Source: Chiloscyllium plagiosum (Eukaryota). From it: a DNA stretch of 64,000 bases. A program made the translations under genes and the position numbers. The DNA lies in contig NC_057755.1 of assembly GCF_004010195.1 (NCBI RefSeq), positions 5,563,474 to 5,627,473 of the forward strand. The letters run 5' to 3'. The notes below the pieces were generated by a model. That model searched no databases, was not told where the DNA came from, and saw only the letters and a program-made list of their open reading frames with translations. Of this stretch, positions 13,691 to 27,590 are shown in pieces. Numbering within the stretch: the stretch's first letter is position 1; every line of letters begins with the position of its first letter.

Positions 13691-14274
13691 ATTGCTTCAA
13701 CTGAAAAAAGGCAAGTGAACCATACAGCAGGACATGGTGCACAAATTACTCACAATGGTGCATTTCTGAGAATTTGCAAAAGATCCAAAAATCATTACGT
13801 CTCCTTCCTGAACCATGAAAGCTGAACTGTTACTTCTGTTCAAACACCTGTGCTTCGAACTGAACAAGACAGTGGAAACCTTTATAAAAGGCTGGATGAC
13901 AGCTCTTTTGTGTATGTTTCAACCACACATGTATTATATAAATATGTTTTATGTTAGCGCTGCTTGTGTCCATACATCAATATTTTTATGATATTGGGGC
14001 ATAATTCGGGCACTCATCCCATCGAGTCAGCTGTGCCATTCAATCATGAATGGTCTGTTTCTCCATCCCATTTTCCAGTCTTCTCTCCATTGTCTTTGAT
14101 CTCAATAACAAATCCATATATATCTGTCCTAAATATATTCAATGCCCTGGTCTCCACAGACGTATTTGACGACGATTTCCATCGATTAACCACAGATAGG
14201 CTGAAGAAATTCATTGTCATCTACATTCCAAGGTCTGAGCCTGTTTCCTTAGCTTCTAGTCTCTCCCATGCGTG

Positions 14275-15020
14275 GAAACAACTTACAAGCAGAAGTTCGA
14301 ATGGGATAACAATTCACAAAGGCAGTACAATGCTGGTTCTGATGCGTTGGAATACGGTCCCCAGAACCGATTGGATGTGGTGGACGAGACGTATCCAAGT
14401 ACGCAGCAGAAAATCTGGTTGAGTACACCACCACCGTCACAGTCTTCAAAAGCAAATATGTGGAGTATTGCTTACCAAAGAACTCAATCTGAGTGTCCCA
14501 CAATCGTAGACCTTGGATAAACCAAGAAATCTACTCGTTACTGAAAGCCACGCAAGCAGCATTCGAGTTGCAATCCAGCACAGGGAAAGTGGAGATGACC
14601 TCCCTAAAGTCATCAGGGATGCCAAAGGAGAGCACCAGGCAAAGATAGAGGCCAAACCCTGCAAAACAGAATCAAGCCACCTCTGGAAAGGCTTAACCAA
14701 TATGACGGGATAATAACTGAAGCAGAGCAAGACAGCGGACGAAGACACATACCTCCCTGAAGCGCTCAATGCTATGCTTTTTTTTTAGCAGAATGCCAGT
14801 GGTGTAGTGACGTCTGCCTCAACATCCCCAACGCACCTACTCCCTTTGTCACCACTGCAAACATGAGAACAGTCTTCCTGAGAATCAACCCAAGCAAAGC
14901 GATGAACCATAATGGAGTCCGTGGCCATGTACTTAAATCCTGCATGGACAAACAGGCGGATGTGTTTACTGACATCTTCCAACCGTCTCTCCACTTGCTT
15001 CAAGAAGACAACTGCTCACT
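14275..15020 (+). mobile_element. Rex1/Babar-like non-LTR retrotransposon fragment
   Basis: Across frames it reads ENLVEYTTTVTVFKSKYVEYCLPKNSI..RPWINQEIYSLLK..DDLPKVIRDAK..SHLWKGL..RTVFLRINPSKAM..GVRG..LKSCMDKQADVFTDIF. This is typical of the Rex1 region between endonuclease and RT. Confidence 0.8.
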
Positions 15021-15044
15021 TACACATTAACACAACCCCTCCCA

Positions 15045-15068
15045 CTCTCTCTCTCCCTCTTTCGCTCT

Positions 15069-15142
<74 letters not shown>

Positions 15143-15170
15143 ACACACACACACACTCACACATACACAC
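15045..15170. repeat. (CT)n-(CA)n microsatellite
   Basis: Directly visible; it is much shorter in copy B (about 26540-26592). Confidence 0.95.
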
Positions 15171-16929
15171 AAACTGAAATACAGTCATACTGTGATATCG
15201 GAACAAATCTACGCACAGACACATTTAATACTCAAAGGAATATAGCAACTGGCCATTCAGATCCCTCAAGCCTAATCTGCCATTCAATGGTTGATCTGTA
15301 AGGTAACTTCATACAGCTGTTTTTGTGACTTATCTCCAAATATGCATGCATAACAACACGCATCTATTTCAGACTGAAATTAAATGACTGGTCCAGTATT
15401 CACTGCCATTTGTTGAAGAGACTTCCAAACATCCGCTACCTTTTCTGCGTGAAAGTGCTTCTTAATATCTCTCCTAAACATACTGACCATACTTCATAAA
15501 CTACTTCCCTTTGTCCGCGAAACCCCAAACAGGGGAGAAGGTTTATCTTTATTGGACCTGATCTCTCATTTCGAAAGAGAATGGGCTTATTTCGTACAGT
15601 CTGTCCTGATATCTAGAAACGAATGTGCAAGCATCATTCTTGAAAATCTAACATGTAGTTGCTCGAAGGGCAATATATCCTTCTGAAAGTGTGATACTTG
15701 GATCTGCTCCCAGTGAGATCTAACCAGGGCCATTCAAAGCTGCTGCATAACTTCTTCGGACTTACAATAGATGAGCCACTCCCGAATTCGAGAGCGTTCA
15801 TTGCCTTGTCCAGAGGGCTGTTAAGAGACAACCACATTGTTGTGGGTTGTGAGTCACCTATCGGCCAGACCAGGTGAAGATGGCAGTTTCCCTCCAGAAA
15901 GGCCGTGAGTGAAAATTAACTTGTTGTTTTTTTTTAAGGCAAAACGATTAACCAACGAGTTGACCATTTCCCTGTGGACATCGACAGAATCCCGTGTTGG
16001 CTTTCTTTTCGTATGGTCTGATCTACCTGCTTACTTAGTGGGTCTGGTTTAACACTTATAAAGAGATGTGGAAATTATTTTTGAAATGCAGATAGATAAA
16101 TATACAACTTTCCAAAACCAATCTTTCCCTTTAAAATCCCGAGTAACCTGACAGTTCTGAAATATCTATATCCATACACGAGGTTAAGAGATGTTCGAGC
16201 TTAATGCGTGTTCANNNNNNNNNNNNNNNNNNNNNNNNNNNNNNNNNNNNNNNNNNNNNNNNNNNNNNNNNNNNNNNNNNNNNNNNNNNNNNNNNNNNNN
16301 NNNNNNNNNNNNNNNNNNNNNNNNNNNNNNNNNNNNNNNNNNNNNNNNNNNNNNNNNNNNNNNNACATTCGATATTTAAATATTCCCTTTTACATGGACC
16401 GGTCTCAAAAGCATATCTGCAGAAATTCAGGTTTTTCATTCCATCCGAAAGCTTGTCGCAATATCTCATCAACAACCCCTCAATCATCAATTAAGGTGAA
16501 CGCTTGCATATCTCTCTGACTTGATTCAGTTTGACAGTGAATGCTGCAAGCAAGCTGGCTTAATATCTCAGTTCCACTGTTTCATGAACGATGGTTCAAT
16601 GTGATCAATCAAATCAATTAGCTGGCGTACCTGGGCCGATTACACCAACATCACTTTCGACACCAGGATATCTCTTCCAGGTTCACAACGCTGCCGCTCT
16701 CGATACCACTGATGCCATCTTCCTCCGCTGTCACCACCAAAAGAACGAGAAGACAATGATGAGGATGAGAATAAAGAAGATCAAAGGATACAACTGACCT
16801 GGTGCTGGAAATCAAATCGAGTAAACAGCATGAACGTGGCCTGCTCTGCCACAAGGAACAGTGTCGGAAAATGTACCAGGACTCAAACGTTTCAGCTGCG
16901 GGGTGACATGAGAGTGACTGTGATTGGGT

Positions 16930-18111
16930 TCATTCAGATCCACTGACATCAAGCCGGTGTTCCTCTCTTACCACTGCCTCCTGCTGGACAGCAAGGGAGT
17001 CTGAATGTGAAACTGCCAAGCCCACAAAACAAGGAGTTGCTCAAAACGGTTAGACTGGTTGGAGAAGAGTTAAGGTCCAATTTGAGTCTTCCTCAAATTT
17101 CCAGGAAACAGTCAAGGGGTGCATCAAAAGGATCATTCATTTCAAATGTCTTCTAACAGTGGGAGAGAAACGGGGAAAACTGGCGAATGTACACCAGAGC
17201 GTGCAGAACCAACCCCTGCTGTACTCGAAGGGGCCTAATGTCACGGAGGAAACCCAGGAGGTAAAGGGGCAGCAACCTTGCTCTTTTCTTTGGAAGCCTC
17301 TGAGATTATCTGCCGGTCCAGTGTCCACATGTGTAATAGAACGAGACGTTCTCACTTTTGATCCTCAGAAGGAACAAATGGAGAGCTCTGTGCTCAACCA
17401 CCGGAAGGAAGAAGGTAGCTCGCTAATCTCACCCCATTCTATCATCCTGAGGATCAACAACTGCTTTTATGCTGGACTGTATGACGCAAAGCCCACTGAC
17501 TATGCGACCTCGCAATAGTTTCTGTCCGCTCTCTCAGAGGTCTTAGACGACAGCACAAGAGAGAGGCTGCACCAGCTGTTATTCATTGATGAACTGACCA
17601 AAGCCATCAAATCTTTAAAAACGGGTTAATTTCCTAGAAGTGATGGATTACTGGACAAGTTATAGTCAACTCTGTCAGACATTTTGGCGATTATCTGCTG
17701 GAAGTGAACGACAGTCCGTTGCCGAAAGGTAGCTATTGTGAATCCTTAACGAAAGTTATCACCCCTTCACCTACAATTACAATGTTGAGACGGATGACGA
17801 AGGACCAATCTTACGCTGAATGCAGAAAATAAAAGTCTGACTGAGGTCATCGCCAACCTGATCAGGTCTTCATTGTGACCCGTGATTCACACTGACCAAA
17901 CTGTTCTGTACTGTTTAGAAAGACACCCGAGATCCTTGCAATCCTAAAGGATATGCTCACCTATGTGCAGGGCAGGTCTTCCTCATCAAGCTGGACCAAG
18001 AAAAGGCCTTTCCTAAGATATCGCACACCTACATGTGGGATGTGTTCTCTAAAGCGGTCTTTGGGAGGTAAACCGCAACTGAATCCAACTGCTGCGCACC
18101 AACAACGTCAG
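16930..18111 (+). mobile_element. Degenerate Tx1/L1-clade ORF2 fragment (endonuclease end to RT start)
   Basis: Reads DIKPVFLSYHCLLL, then PRSDGL (PGxDGL-like), then RPI...NAENKSLTEVIANLIRSSL*PVIHTDQT (RPISLLNxDYKILxKVIANR...IHPDQT-like). It is cut by the N-gap. Confidence 0.75.
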
Positions 18112-21100
18112 NNNNNNNNNNNNNNNNNNNNNNNNNNNNNNNNNNNNNNNNNNNNNNNNNNNNNNNNNNNNNNNNNNNNNNNNNNNNNNNNNNNNNNNNN
18201 NNNNNNNNNNNNNNNNNNNNNNNNNNNNNNNNNNNNNNNNNNNNNNNNNNNNNNNNNNNNNNNNNNNNNNNNNNNNNNNNNNNNNNNNNNNNNNNNNNNN
18301 NNNNNNNNNNNNNNNNNNNNNNNNNNNNNNNNNNNNNNNNNNNNNNNNNNNNNNNNNNNNNNNNNNNNNNNNNNNNNNNNNNNNNNNNNNNNNNNNNNNN
18401 NNNNNNNNNNNNNNNNNNNNNNNNNNNNNNNNNNNNNNNNNNNNNNNNNNNNNNNNNNNNNNNNNNNNNNNNNNNNNNNNNNNNNNNNNNNNNNNNNNNN
18501 NNNNNNNNNNNNNNNNNNNNNNNNNNNNNNNNNNNNNNNNNNNNNNNNNNNNNNNNNNNNNNNNNNNNNNNNNNNNNNNNNNNNNNNNNNNNNNNNNNNN
18601 NNNNNNNNNNNCAAAGAGATTCATGGAGAAAATGATGTTTTACATTCAGCATGTGCGGTTGTAGCAATTCTGGGCAAGTGACTTGCATAATTGACTTGCA
18701 TAATTGAATTTATATGAATCTGCCTGGAGATTCGCTCCAGTTTCACACTGCCACTGACAGTGACAATGGGCATATTGTGATCACCCTCACACAGGTGCGG
18801 ATGACTGATTTAGTTTCAAATTGCAGGGATGCTGCAGATTCCCCACTATCACAGATACCGAAGGAATTGCCTGGGATATTGAACTTTCGTCTGCCAAACT
18901 ATTCATCTCTTCTGGGAATCTCCATTTCAATTTAAGACGGCAGTGGAATTAAGCAAAGCCGTCACTTCGGAAAATTAAAAAGGACGCTATTTTTATGTAT
19001 AGATTTCAGTAATATTTCGAGTGAGTTTGGTTCTGGCTATTGAGTAAATAAGCAGGGGGTTTCTCTGTGCTTCTGAAGTTAATTGTTAACTTGTAGGTAT
19101 TTATGTAATCACAACAATTTGTTTTTAAAGCTGCTTTTGAAGTTTGGCTGTAGGCCGAATGAAAGAACTTAGTTTATTTTTGGTTGGAACCTAACTTGGC
19201 AGGAAAATGGACCCAGAGATTTATTTATGACTTCTGGAATCTGAGATTAGGAATAGTACCTTTACCTTTGAAACCTTTCGTTTAACTTTTATCAATTTTG
19301 TCATTTCTTTAAGTCCTTCTAATTTCCTGGAACTGAGTGGACATGTAGATGTGTGTTCATTCAAATGAATGATAGATTTAGTCAATCACTTTACTGTGGA
19401 GCCAACAGTTCGTGTTCACTGCAGAATAGAAATGTTGGTTTAAAAGAAAGCTCTGCATAGACTACTTAAAGTTAAGTAAATTGACAATCCGCTGTGTGGT
19501 AGTTTCAAGAAGAGGTTTACTGGAGTTACAGTTTAATATTTGATGTCACAAGCCACTTAACCAAGTGTTACATACACGGATTCTGGTCTGACCATTTCAC
19601 GAGGGGCATTCTGTTTGTAATCATACCCTGGCTATTGTTTTGCCCAATCTATAAAACACTTTTTTTTTTCTTTTCATTTATGCATTTCTTTTAGATTAAT
19701 GTTTATCTATTTACTGTATGTTCATTGCCTTTGCATCTGCGTTATTCGAACGTAGCTTCGTTTATTCTATTGTATCACCATTTCGTTTATAGTAAACTCC
19801 TGTCTTTTTGCTGAAGCAATATTTTGCAGCATTGGTTACGTTCAATTCAGGAAGAGATTACTTTGATAAATCAAAACAAATAAGGTCGTGACACATCAAG
19901 CTGGAGTTTCGTCTGGCTTCTGGCTTGTTCTGTGATTACATCAGCTGGTATCAGAACAGAGGTGAGGCTATTAAACACATCGTCTTACTCGTGAGGAACT
20001 GATTAACTAATCCCATACTTTGATCACACTATGCTCCAACTGTACCCCTCCAGTTCCATTTATATGCTCAATCCTGACCGGACAGCTGAACTGAGACATA
20101 GTGTCACATGACCCCCATCTTCAAATTACTACCCTGTCACCCTGCACCAGCGGCAACACAAAACAAATTCCCTCACCCCTGCCAGACCTGAAACACTGAA
20201 AATAAATTAGACATTGGATAGCTCACAGCTGCAGTTTGTGCACAGTTCTGATCACCACCTAACCGTCAACACAGTCTTGCAATGAGGAGAATGTATAAGA
20301 GATATACAAGAATGTTGCTAAGAATATGGAAATTACTGCAGCGTTGAGGAAAGATGGATAGGTTAGATTTATTTTCCCCAGAGGAGAAAGAGAAAAACTG
20401 TGATTCATGTGTCCAAATAACTAACGTCTTGAATGGAGACCTGTCACCCTGAACGAATGATTATTGAGCAGTGTTCAAGAGGGATACTAATTGATTGAAG
20501 GGTTATAGGGGACATGAGGTCTCACCCTTTCATCCACAGGGTGTTAGTGTGCCTGGAATTTACTTCCCAGTTTTGGAGGAGTGGGGTGCTGTGGGTGGGG
20601 GACTGCTTTAACTGCAACGTTCAACTCATTTAAAGGAAACCTGGATCTGCACCTGAAGTGATCTTCAAGGGGCAATATGCTGGAAAGTGGGATTGGACAG
20701 TTATTTAGATTGTTCAGTCGACCCAGATATGAATGACCTTTTTCAATGCTGGAACTGATCTGAGCTTCTTTGGGGATTCAGGAAGACTGAGGGGCGTTAT
20801 CAATTTGATCATCAGGTTAATATTGCTTGCCTTGTTTAGATATTCACATTATAAAGTGGTTTTAAAGAAATATTGTAGTTTCCACTGATATGATCAGAAC
20901 ACATTAGGGAGTCAGACCGGTCGGATTTTTATTATATTATGTTTATCTTACTCAGATTAAAGCAGCCACATCCACTAATTGCAATAGAGAAATGTGTCTC
21001 TTTTGTTCTACATTATATACTTTATTCATCAAACGTCAACACGCACATTCTAAAATTGACTTCGACAATGCAGAGAATGCATTAAAAAGCTCATACTTCC

Positions 21101-22171
21101 CAATATGAAATGTACATTCTTTGCTGATTAAATGGACCTTCAAATTTAGAATACTTGCGAAACATTCTAAGGAATTCCTGACTATCCAAAACAAATCATG
21201 AGGGACATAGTAAGTTAGCAGATCCCCAGTTTACCATCACAGAGAGGGCTCATATAGTGTTTGATGCTTTGAATAATGAACCAAAACTTTGTCAGCTCTG
21301 TTAGCATTTTCCATTGAATAATTCCATCTTCTCAAGTGCAACAAATGACTTCTTTTATAAGACAACGCCAGGAAAAACTTTGGTATGCAAAGACCAGTCT
21401 AATAAATGTTCCATAGTGGATGAATGTCAACACTTTGATTCTCAATTCCCTTTTAGATATGAACCCCATCTCTTGATTGCAATGACAGGATCTTGTGCGA
21501 GGATTCAACTGTGTTGACGTTTTGTGTCCAGTGACCAATGTATCGATTAAGATTCTCTGATTAAGTTATTCTGGTAATATTGTTTGTCTTCTCACAGATG
21601 CTGGCATGCCTGCTGAGTTTCGCCATTCACTTTTGTTTCTCTTCCATGTTTACAGCATCTGCAATCTTTTCTTAATTTGATTCTCTTCCCAACCTGTCTC
21701 CCAGAAGCAAATCTTCGAATCGTAGAACCCGACTGGACAGAAGTGTCCTTCGGTCCATCGAGTTTGTGTTTTCAAAGCTGCACTAAATCAAGACTTGTCC
21801 CAGGTTTCAACACTGTACTCCTCGTCATGAATGTTGCAAGACATCAAGTGTTTGTCCTGTTAAAGTCCGAAGCACGGAATTGCACGATCCCCTCATTCTC
21901 TGGTTGAAAGCTTTTTCTTCCAATCTCCTCTAAACCTCTTACCTCTCATCGTAAAATTGACGACCACTTCTTGTCTGTCAAATTCCTGTCCCCAATCCTG
22001 GAGTGAGCTGCTTTAAAATGAGTCTGGCTTGGAGCTGTCCTGTTGACACCTGATATCTGAATCCTTCAATTGCACCATTTAGGAGCTAAGATCTTCCATT
22101 GCTCTCTGAGCAGACATGGATAACATTTGATTAGTAATTTCTGATTTCCAATTCACTTGCTGCCTCTGTCA

Positions 22172-23073
22172 TTAATTTCCTGGTGATTTTGGTTCTCGCC
22201 CGGAAAGGTTTGGCCTCTGCAACTGCACATCACGCTGCCTGTTGGCTATGTCAGTGTCGGGTATAGTGTTCATTCTCACTAAGATCATATTCAGTCGACT
22301 GAAACAATTTTACTTCCCAACATGTATTCTGAACATCACTCTTGTGTACCGTGCCAGCTTTGCCCTTGTCAGAGCAGCCACAGAGTGTTCGGTCTGGCTC
22401 ACTGTCTTTTCTCCTTTGATCGTTTTGGAACCATTTGCTGCCGAAAGCAAAGAGAAAATTTTGGACAGACAAAGACTTGGCTGTGGTTCTCGCTGCAACT
22501 GGCATTATGCTCTGTCCCAAAAATAGAAATCCCTTCTATTTTTAGTTTAAGTCTAGGAGGGTAGCTACAACGTTCCATGGTACTGCCGTGTAAGCTTAAT
22601 TTATTTTACTGATCCCAGGTGACTGGGGTTTAACGATTTGATAACATTTTAACTCTTTTCATTCAAATCGTGTTAATTTTGTTGATGAGCAGTATGGCTG
22701 TCAGATACATTTTGGTGGCCAGTCGAGTCCGCAAGACACTGAGGGGCCCGAGTACGGCAGAGTGTCACAAAGACGCAGAGATAGAGACCAGAGGAAGTCG
22801 GTGATTTCCCTCTTCACCATGTCCAATAGCTTCATCCTTTTGTGGACAGTGGACGGTGCAAACAACTTACACTTCCGCATTAAAGGAACAATTCGCAGAA
22901 AGTATGGCTCTCTCGTCATTTTTCATGTACATCGGAGAAATGCTGAAAGATTTCAGCTGCAGTGACACATTAATTTATGCAGTGATTCTGTCCAATTTCA
23001 GAACAAAGTTCGGAAACGTGGTGCAACAGTTGTTCACGTAAACTGTTCACTTCATGACTCTGCAAAACAACAA
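22172..23073 (+). pseudogene. GPR139/GPR142-like GPCR pseudogene, copy B
   Basis: Paralog of 10500-11398. It retains FDRFGTICCRK (DRF motif) and shares frameshifts and the TGA (about 22620) with copy A. Confidence 0.88.
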
Positions 23074-25982
23074 AGAGATGCTCAGACATGGCCACAGTGT
23101 TCCCAATGTAGGACCTGTTCATGTATGGCCAGGATTCCATCAGTGCAATGACATGCATCTGACTATAGCACCAGCAGTGGATGGGGAGGGGGAGGCAGTA
23201 TGGGTTACCAATAACCATGCTCAGGAACACGCAGTTATCCCTGATTGACTGACGGTTGGAGGCACACGGGGACACCCAGACAATGAGCAGCAGCAGGCCG
23301 TTCAGCCCTTCATGCCTAGTTCGCCCACTCTTCCAGAAAATCGCAGCTTATTCAGTTTTAACATAATTGTAATTGTCAGATTCTGATTTTCTGCTCTCAA
23401 TAAACAGATTATTAAACAAGTGAAAAGCTCCATGTGCTGTTTATGCTCTCACCTGAAGAGGTTACTATTTCTTGCACGTTCGATTTTGAGAGAGTTCCTT
23501 GAGTTCACTTCCGGTCTACTCCCATCACAAGGATATATTACGTTCCCTCCCTCCATTTCTTTCTGACATTGTCTCTGTCCCTCTCACCCCTTTCTTGCGC
23601 ACTTCCCCATCTCTCAGATTCTTGCTCAGTCTCTGTCTGTCTCTATATCTGTCTTGCTCCGTGTCTCTACTGTCTGTGTTGCTCTGCCTGTTTCTCTCTC
23701 TGGGTCTGTATATCTGTCTGTCTCTCCATCTCCTTCTATGTCTATCTTTCTTTGTCACTCGGTCTATCTCATTCTCTGTCTCTCCCTCTCTTTGCGCACT
23801 CTGTGTCATTTTCTCACATTCAACATGACAGACATTGTTGTCTCAGTTCAGCACATGCTCACGTGCATTAGCTCACAACCCTTCACTCCCTATAATCAGT
23901 GATTTTTTTCTCCCGACGAGGTTATTTTGGAAAATACAAAACGTACAGACACAGCTAGCAATATCTTGATCAAACAATCATTACATTTCTCTCAGTGAAT
24001 CTCCCTCCATCTCCTGAACATTAATCTTCTCCCTCTTTCTCTCTCTTTCCCCCATACCTGTGAGCAATGTGTTTTTCATGTAGTTTCCTTTCAGTTTTTG
24101 TGTGTCTCTGTTGGTTTTGCTTCATTGCTTTTGTGGCAATGTTACTGTGTGTGTCCCTGGTTTTTGTGCTCGGGTATGTCCCTGTGTGTGACAGTGTGTG
24201 CGTTTCCACTTGTGTGTGTTGCAAGTATTTCAATGATTCTACATTACTGTGTTTATTTATTTGGGCATGTATTCAGTCTGCATGAGAGTGTTTCCGTGAA
24301 TTTGAGTCTTTTAATGTGTCTGTTATTGTGCCTGTGTGATTGTGAATCTGTGTGTTTTGCACATGTGCGTTTGCTGTGTTCTGCCTGTGTGAATGCTGTT
24401 TGTGGGGTTACAATGTTATGGCTGCACGACTGTGATTCTGTGTGTTACTATCATAATGTCATGATGGTTCTGTGACTCCTTGTGCGTTTTTCATTGAGTT
24501 TAGGTGTACAATTGTGGGAGTGCGTGTGTGTTTTTGCTGGCTGTGCTCCTGTTTACCTCGGTGATAGTGTTATTGAGATTGTGTTTGGCTGGCTGTATAT
24601 GTGCCAAGATCTTTCTGCGCACCAAGCAGGATCTCTCTATGCCTGTCTGTGGGTGCATCACTTTGTTTCTGAATGTCACTCGGTGCCTGTATGTATTTAC
24701 ATTTGTGGTTCTGTAACAACCCTTCAATGTGCTCATGCATGTATATCAATTTTTTTCTGTCAGTTCTTGCAGTTTGGTGTATAATGTCACTCACTCTGAA
24801 TTCATGTCTATATGTGAGGTCTTGGGTGTGATTCTCTACCTGTGTGCACATGTGTTCCCATGTCAAAGCACGACTGTTTTATGAGTGTGTGTGTAGATTT
24901 GTTCCTATGTGTCAACATGACTGCATTTCTGTGTGTGTGCATTCTGCCTGTCCATTGGTCTGCTCCTATCTCTCTCAGTATGTCTGTTTGTGTGTGTGTG
25001 TCTGTCTGTCTGTGTGGGTGTGGTTGCATTAGTGTGTCAGTGTATTGGTGTGTTCCCAAACTGCAGTCTGATTGTTTTCCTGTGTGTTGTTTTGAGGGTT
25101 TCAGAATGTTTCTGCAGTTGGTGTTTCGATATGTTCCATCATTTCATTTCATGGTGTTTTTGTGCATGTACAAGTGTGTATGTGTGTTTGGGTGTGTTCC
25201 TGTTTCTGTTTGTCACCATGTTCCAGTATCCCACTTTGACTGTATTTCTGTGCGTGGATGTGTTTGTGTGTCTCTGTGTTGGTGGGTGTGTGAGGATGTG
25301 GGTATGGCTCCGTGGCCCTCTCGGTGTGGATATATTTCTCTCAGTATGAGATTGCTTCGAATGAAAAAAGGCAAGTGAACTATACAGCAGGACATGGTGC
25401 ACACATTACTCACAATGGTGCATTTCTGAGAATTTGCAAAAGATCCAAGTAACATTACGTCTACTTCCTGAACCATGAAAGCTGAACTGTTACTTCTGTT
25501 CAAACACCTGTGCTTCGAACTGCACAAGACAGTGGAAACCTTTATAAAAGGCTGGATGACAGCTCTTTTGTGTATGTTTCAACCACACATGTAATATATA
25601 AATATTGTTTTATGTTAGCGCTGCTTGTGTCCATACATCAATATTTTTATGATATTGGGGCATAATTAGGGCACTCATCCCATCGAGTCAGCTGTGCCAT
25701 TCAATCATGAATGCTCTGTTTCTCCATCCCATTTTCCAGCCTTCTCTCCATTGTCTTTGATCCCCTTGCCAATAACAAATCCATATATATCTGTCATATA
25801 TTCAATGTGCCCTGGTCTCCACAGACGTATTTGACGACGATTTCCATTGATTAACCACAGATAGGCTGAAGAAATTCANNNNNNNNNNNNNNNNNNNNNN
25901 NNNNNNNNNNNNNNNNNNNNNNNNNNNNNNNNNNNNNNNNNNNNNNNNNNNNNNNNNNNNNNNNNNNNNNNNNNNNNNNNNN

Positions 25983-26515
25983 ATCGTAGACCTTGGATAA
26001 ACCAAGAAATCTACTCCTTACTGAAAGCCACGCAAGCAGCATTCGAGTCGCAATCCAGCACAGGGAAAGTGGAGATGACCTCCCTAAAGCCATCTGGGAT
26101 GCCAAAGGAGAGCACCAGGCAAAGATAGAGGCCCAACCCTGCAAAACAGAATCAAGCCACCTCTGGCAAGGCTTAACCAATATGACGGGATAAAAACTGA
26201 AGCAGAGCAAGACAGCGGATGAAGACACATACGTCCCTGAAGCGCTCATGCTATGCTTTTTTTGAGTAGAATGCCAGTGGTGTAGTGACGTCTGCCTCAA
26301 CATCCCCAACGCACCTGCTCCCTTTGTCACCACTACAAACATGAGAACAGTCTTCCTGAGAGTCAACCCAAGCAAAGCGATGAGCCATAATGGAGTCCCT
26401 GGCCATGCACTTAAATCCTGCATGGACAAACAGGCGGAAGTGTTTACTGACATCTTCCAAACGTCTCTCCATATAGCTGAGTTACCTATTGCTTCAAGAA
26501 GACAACTGCTCACTG
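25983..26515 (+). mobile_element. Rex1/Babar-like fragment (copy B)
   Basis: ORF 26341..26622 begins MRTVFLRVNPSKAMSHNGVPGHALKSCMDKQAEVFTDIFQTSL. Confidence 0.8.
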
Positions 26516-27590
26516 ACACATTAATACAACCCCTCCCACTCTCTCTCTCCCAACACACACATACACACACACACACACTCACACATACACACAAATTGAA
26601 ATACAGTCATACTATGATATAGGAACAAATCTACGCACAGACACATTTAATACTAAAAGGAATATAGCAACTGGCCATTCAGCTCCCTCAAGCCTAATCT
26701 GCCATTCAATGGTCGATCTGTAAGGTAACTTCATACAGCTGTGTTTGTGACTTATCTCCAAATATGCATGCATAACAACACGCATCTATTTCAGACTAAA
26801 AATAAACGACTGGTCCAGTATTCACTGCTATTTGTGGAAGAGACTTCCAAACATCCGCTACATTTTCTGCGTGAAAGTGCTTCTTAATATCTCTCCTGAA
26901 CACACTGACCATAATTCATAAACTACTTCCCTTTGTCCGCGAAACCCCAAACAGGGGAGAAGGTTTATCTTTATTGGACCTGATCTCTCATTTCGAAAGA
27001 GAATGGGCTTATTTTGTACAGTCTGTCCTCATACCTAAAAACGAATGTGCAAGCATCATTCTTGGAAATCTAACATGTACTTGCTCGAAGGGCAATATAT
27101 CCTTCTGAAAGTGTGATACTTGAATCTGCTCCCTGTACTCCCAGTGAGATCTAAGCAGGGCCATTCAAAGCTGCAGCATAACTTCTTCGGTTTTATGATA
27201 GATGAGCTACTCCCGAGTTCGAGAGCTTTCATTGCCCTGTCCAGAGAGCAGTTAAGAGACGATCACATTGTTGTTGGTTGTGAGTCACATATAGGTCGGA
27301 CCAGGTAAAGATGGCAGTTTCCCTCCCGAAAGGCCGTGAGTGAAACTTTACTTGTTNNNNNNNNNNNNNNNNNNNNNNNNNNNNNNNNNNNNNNNNNNNN
27401 NNNNNNNNNNNNNNNNNNNNNNNNNNNNNNNNNNNNNNNNNNNNNNNNNNNNNNNNNNNNNNNNNNNNNNNNNNNNNNNNNNNNNNNNNNNNNNNNNNNN
27501 NNNNNNNNNNNNNNNNNNNNNNNNNNNNNNNNNNNNNNNNNNNNNNNNNNNNNNNNNNNNNNNNNNNNNNNNNNNNNNNNNNNNNNNNNN

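Larger units (their letters stand above)
6937..18111. repeat. Tandem segmental duplicon, copy A (about 11.7-kb period)
   Basis: Collinear near-identity with 18612-27356 at an offset of about 11672 (e.g. ORF 9642 vs 21314, 10570 vs 22242) and with 27591-32710. Confidence 0.95.
18612..27356. repeat. Tandem segmental duplicon, copy B
   Basis: Collinear with 6937-15925 and bounded by N-gaps on both sides. Confidence 0.95.

Noticed and set aside
11756..13742. Dense overlapping Cys/Val-rich ORFs (also at 23500-25400 and 27600-28300)
   Set aside because: Translation artefacts of TG/CT low-complexity DNA.
16365..16900. Coding-looking unique segment upstream of the Tx1 fragment (copy at about 30955-31490)
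   Set aside because: No family was recognisable in any frame, and conservation between the copies is explained by recent duplication.
17953..18688. Long ORFs spanning N-gaps (also at 27229-27691, 29272-29865, 43527-44456 and 48716-49858)
   Set aside because: Their length comes from runs of X.
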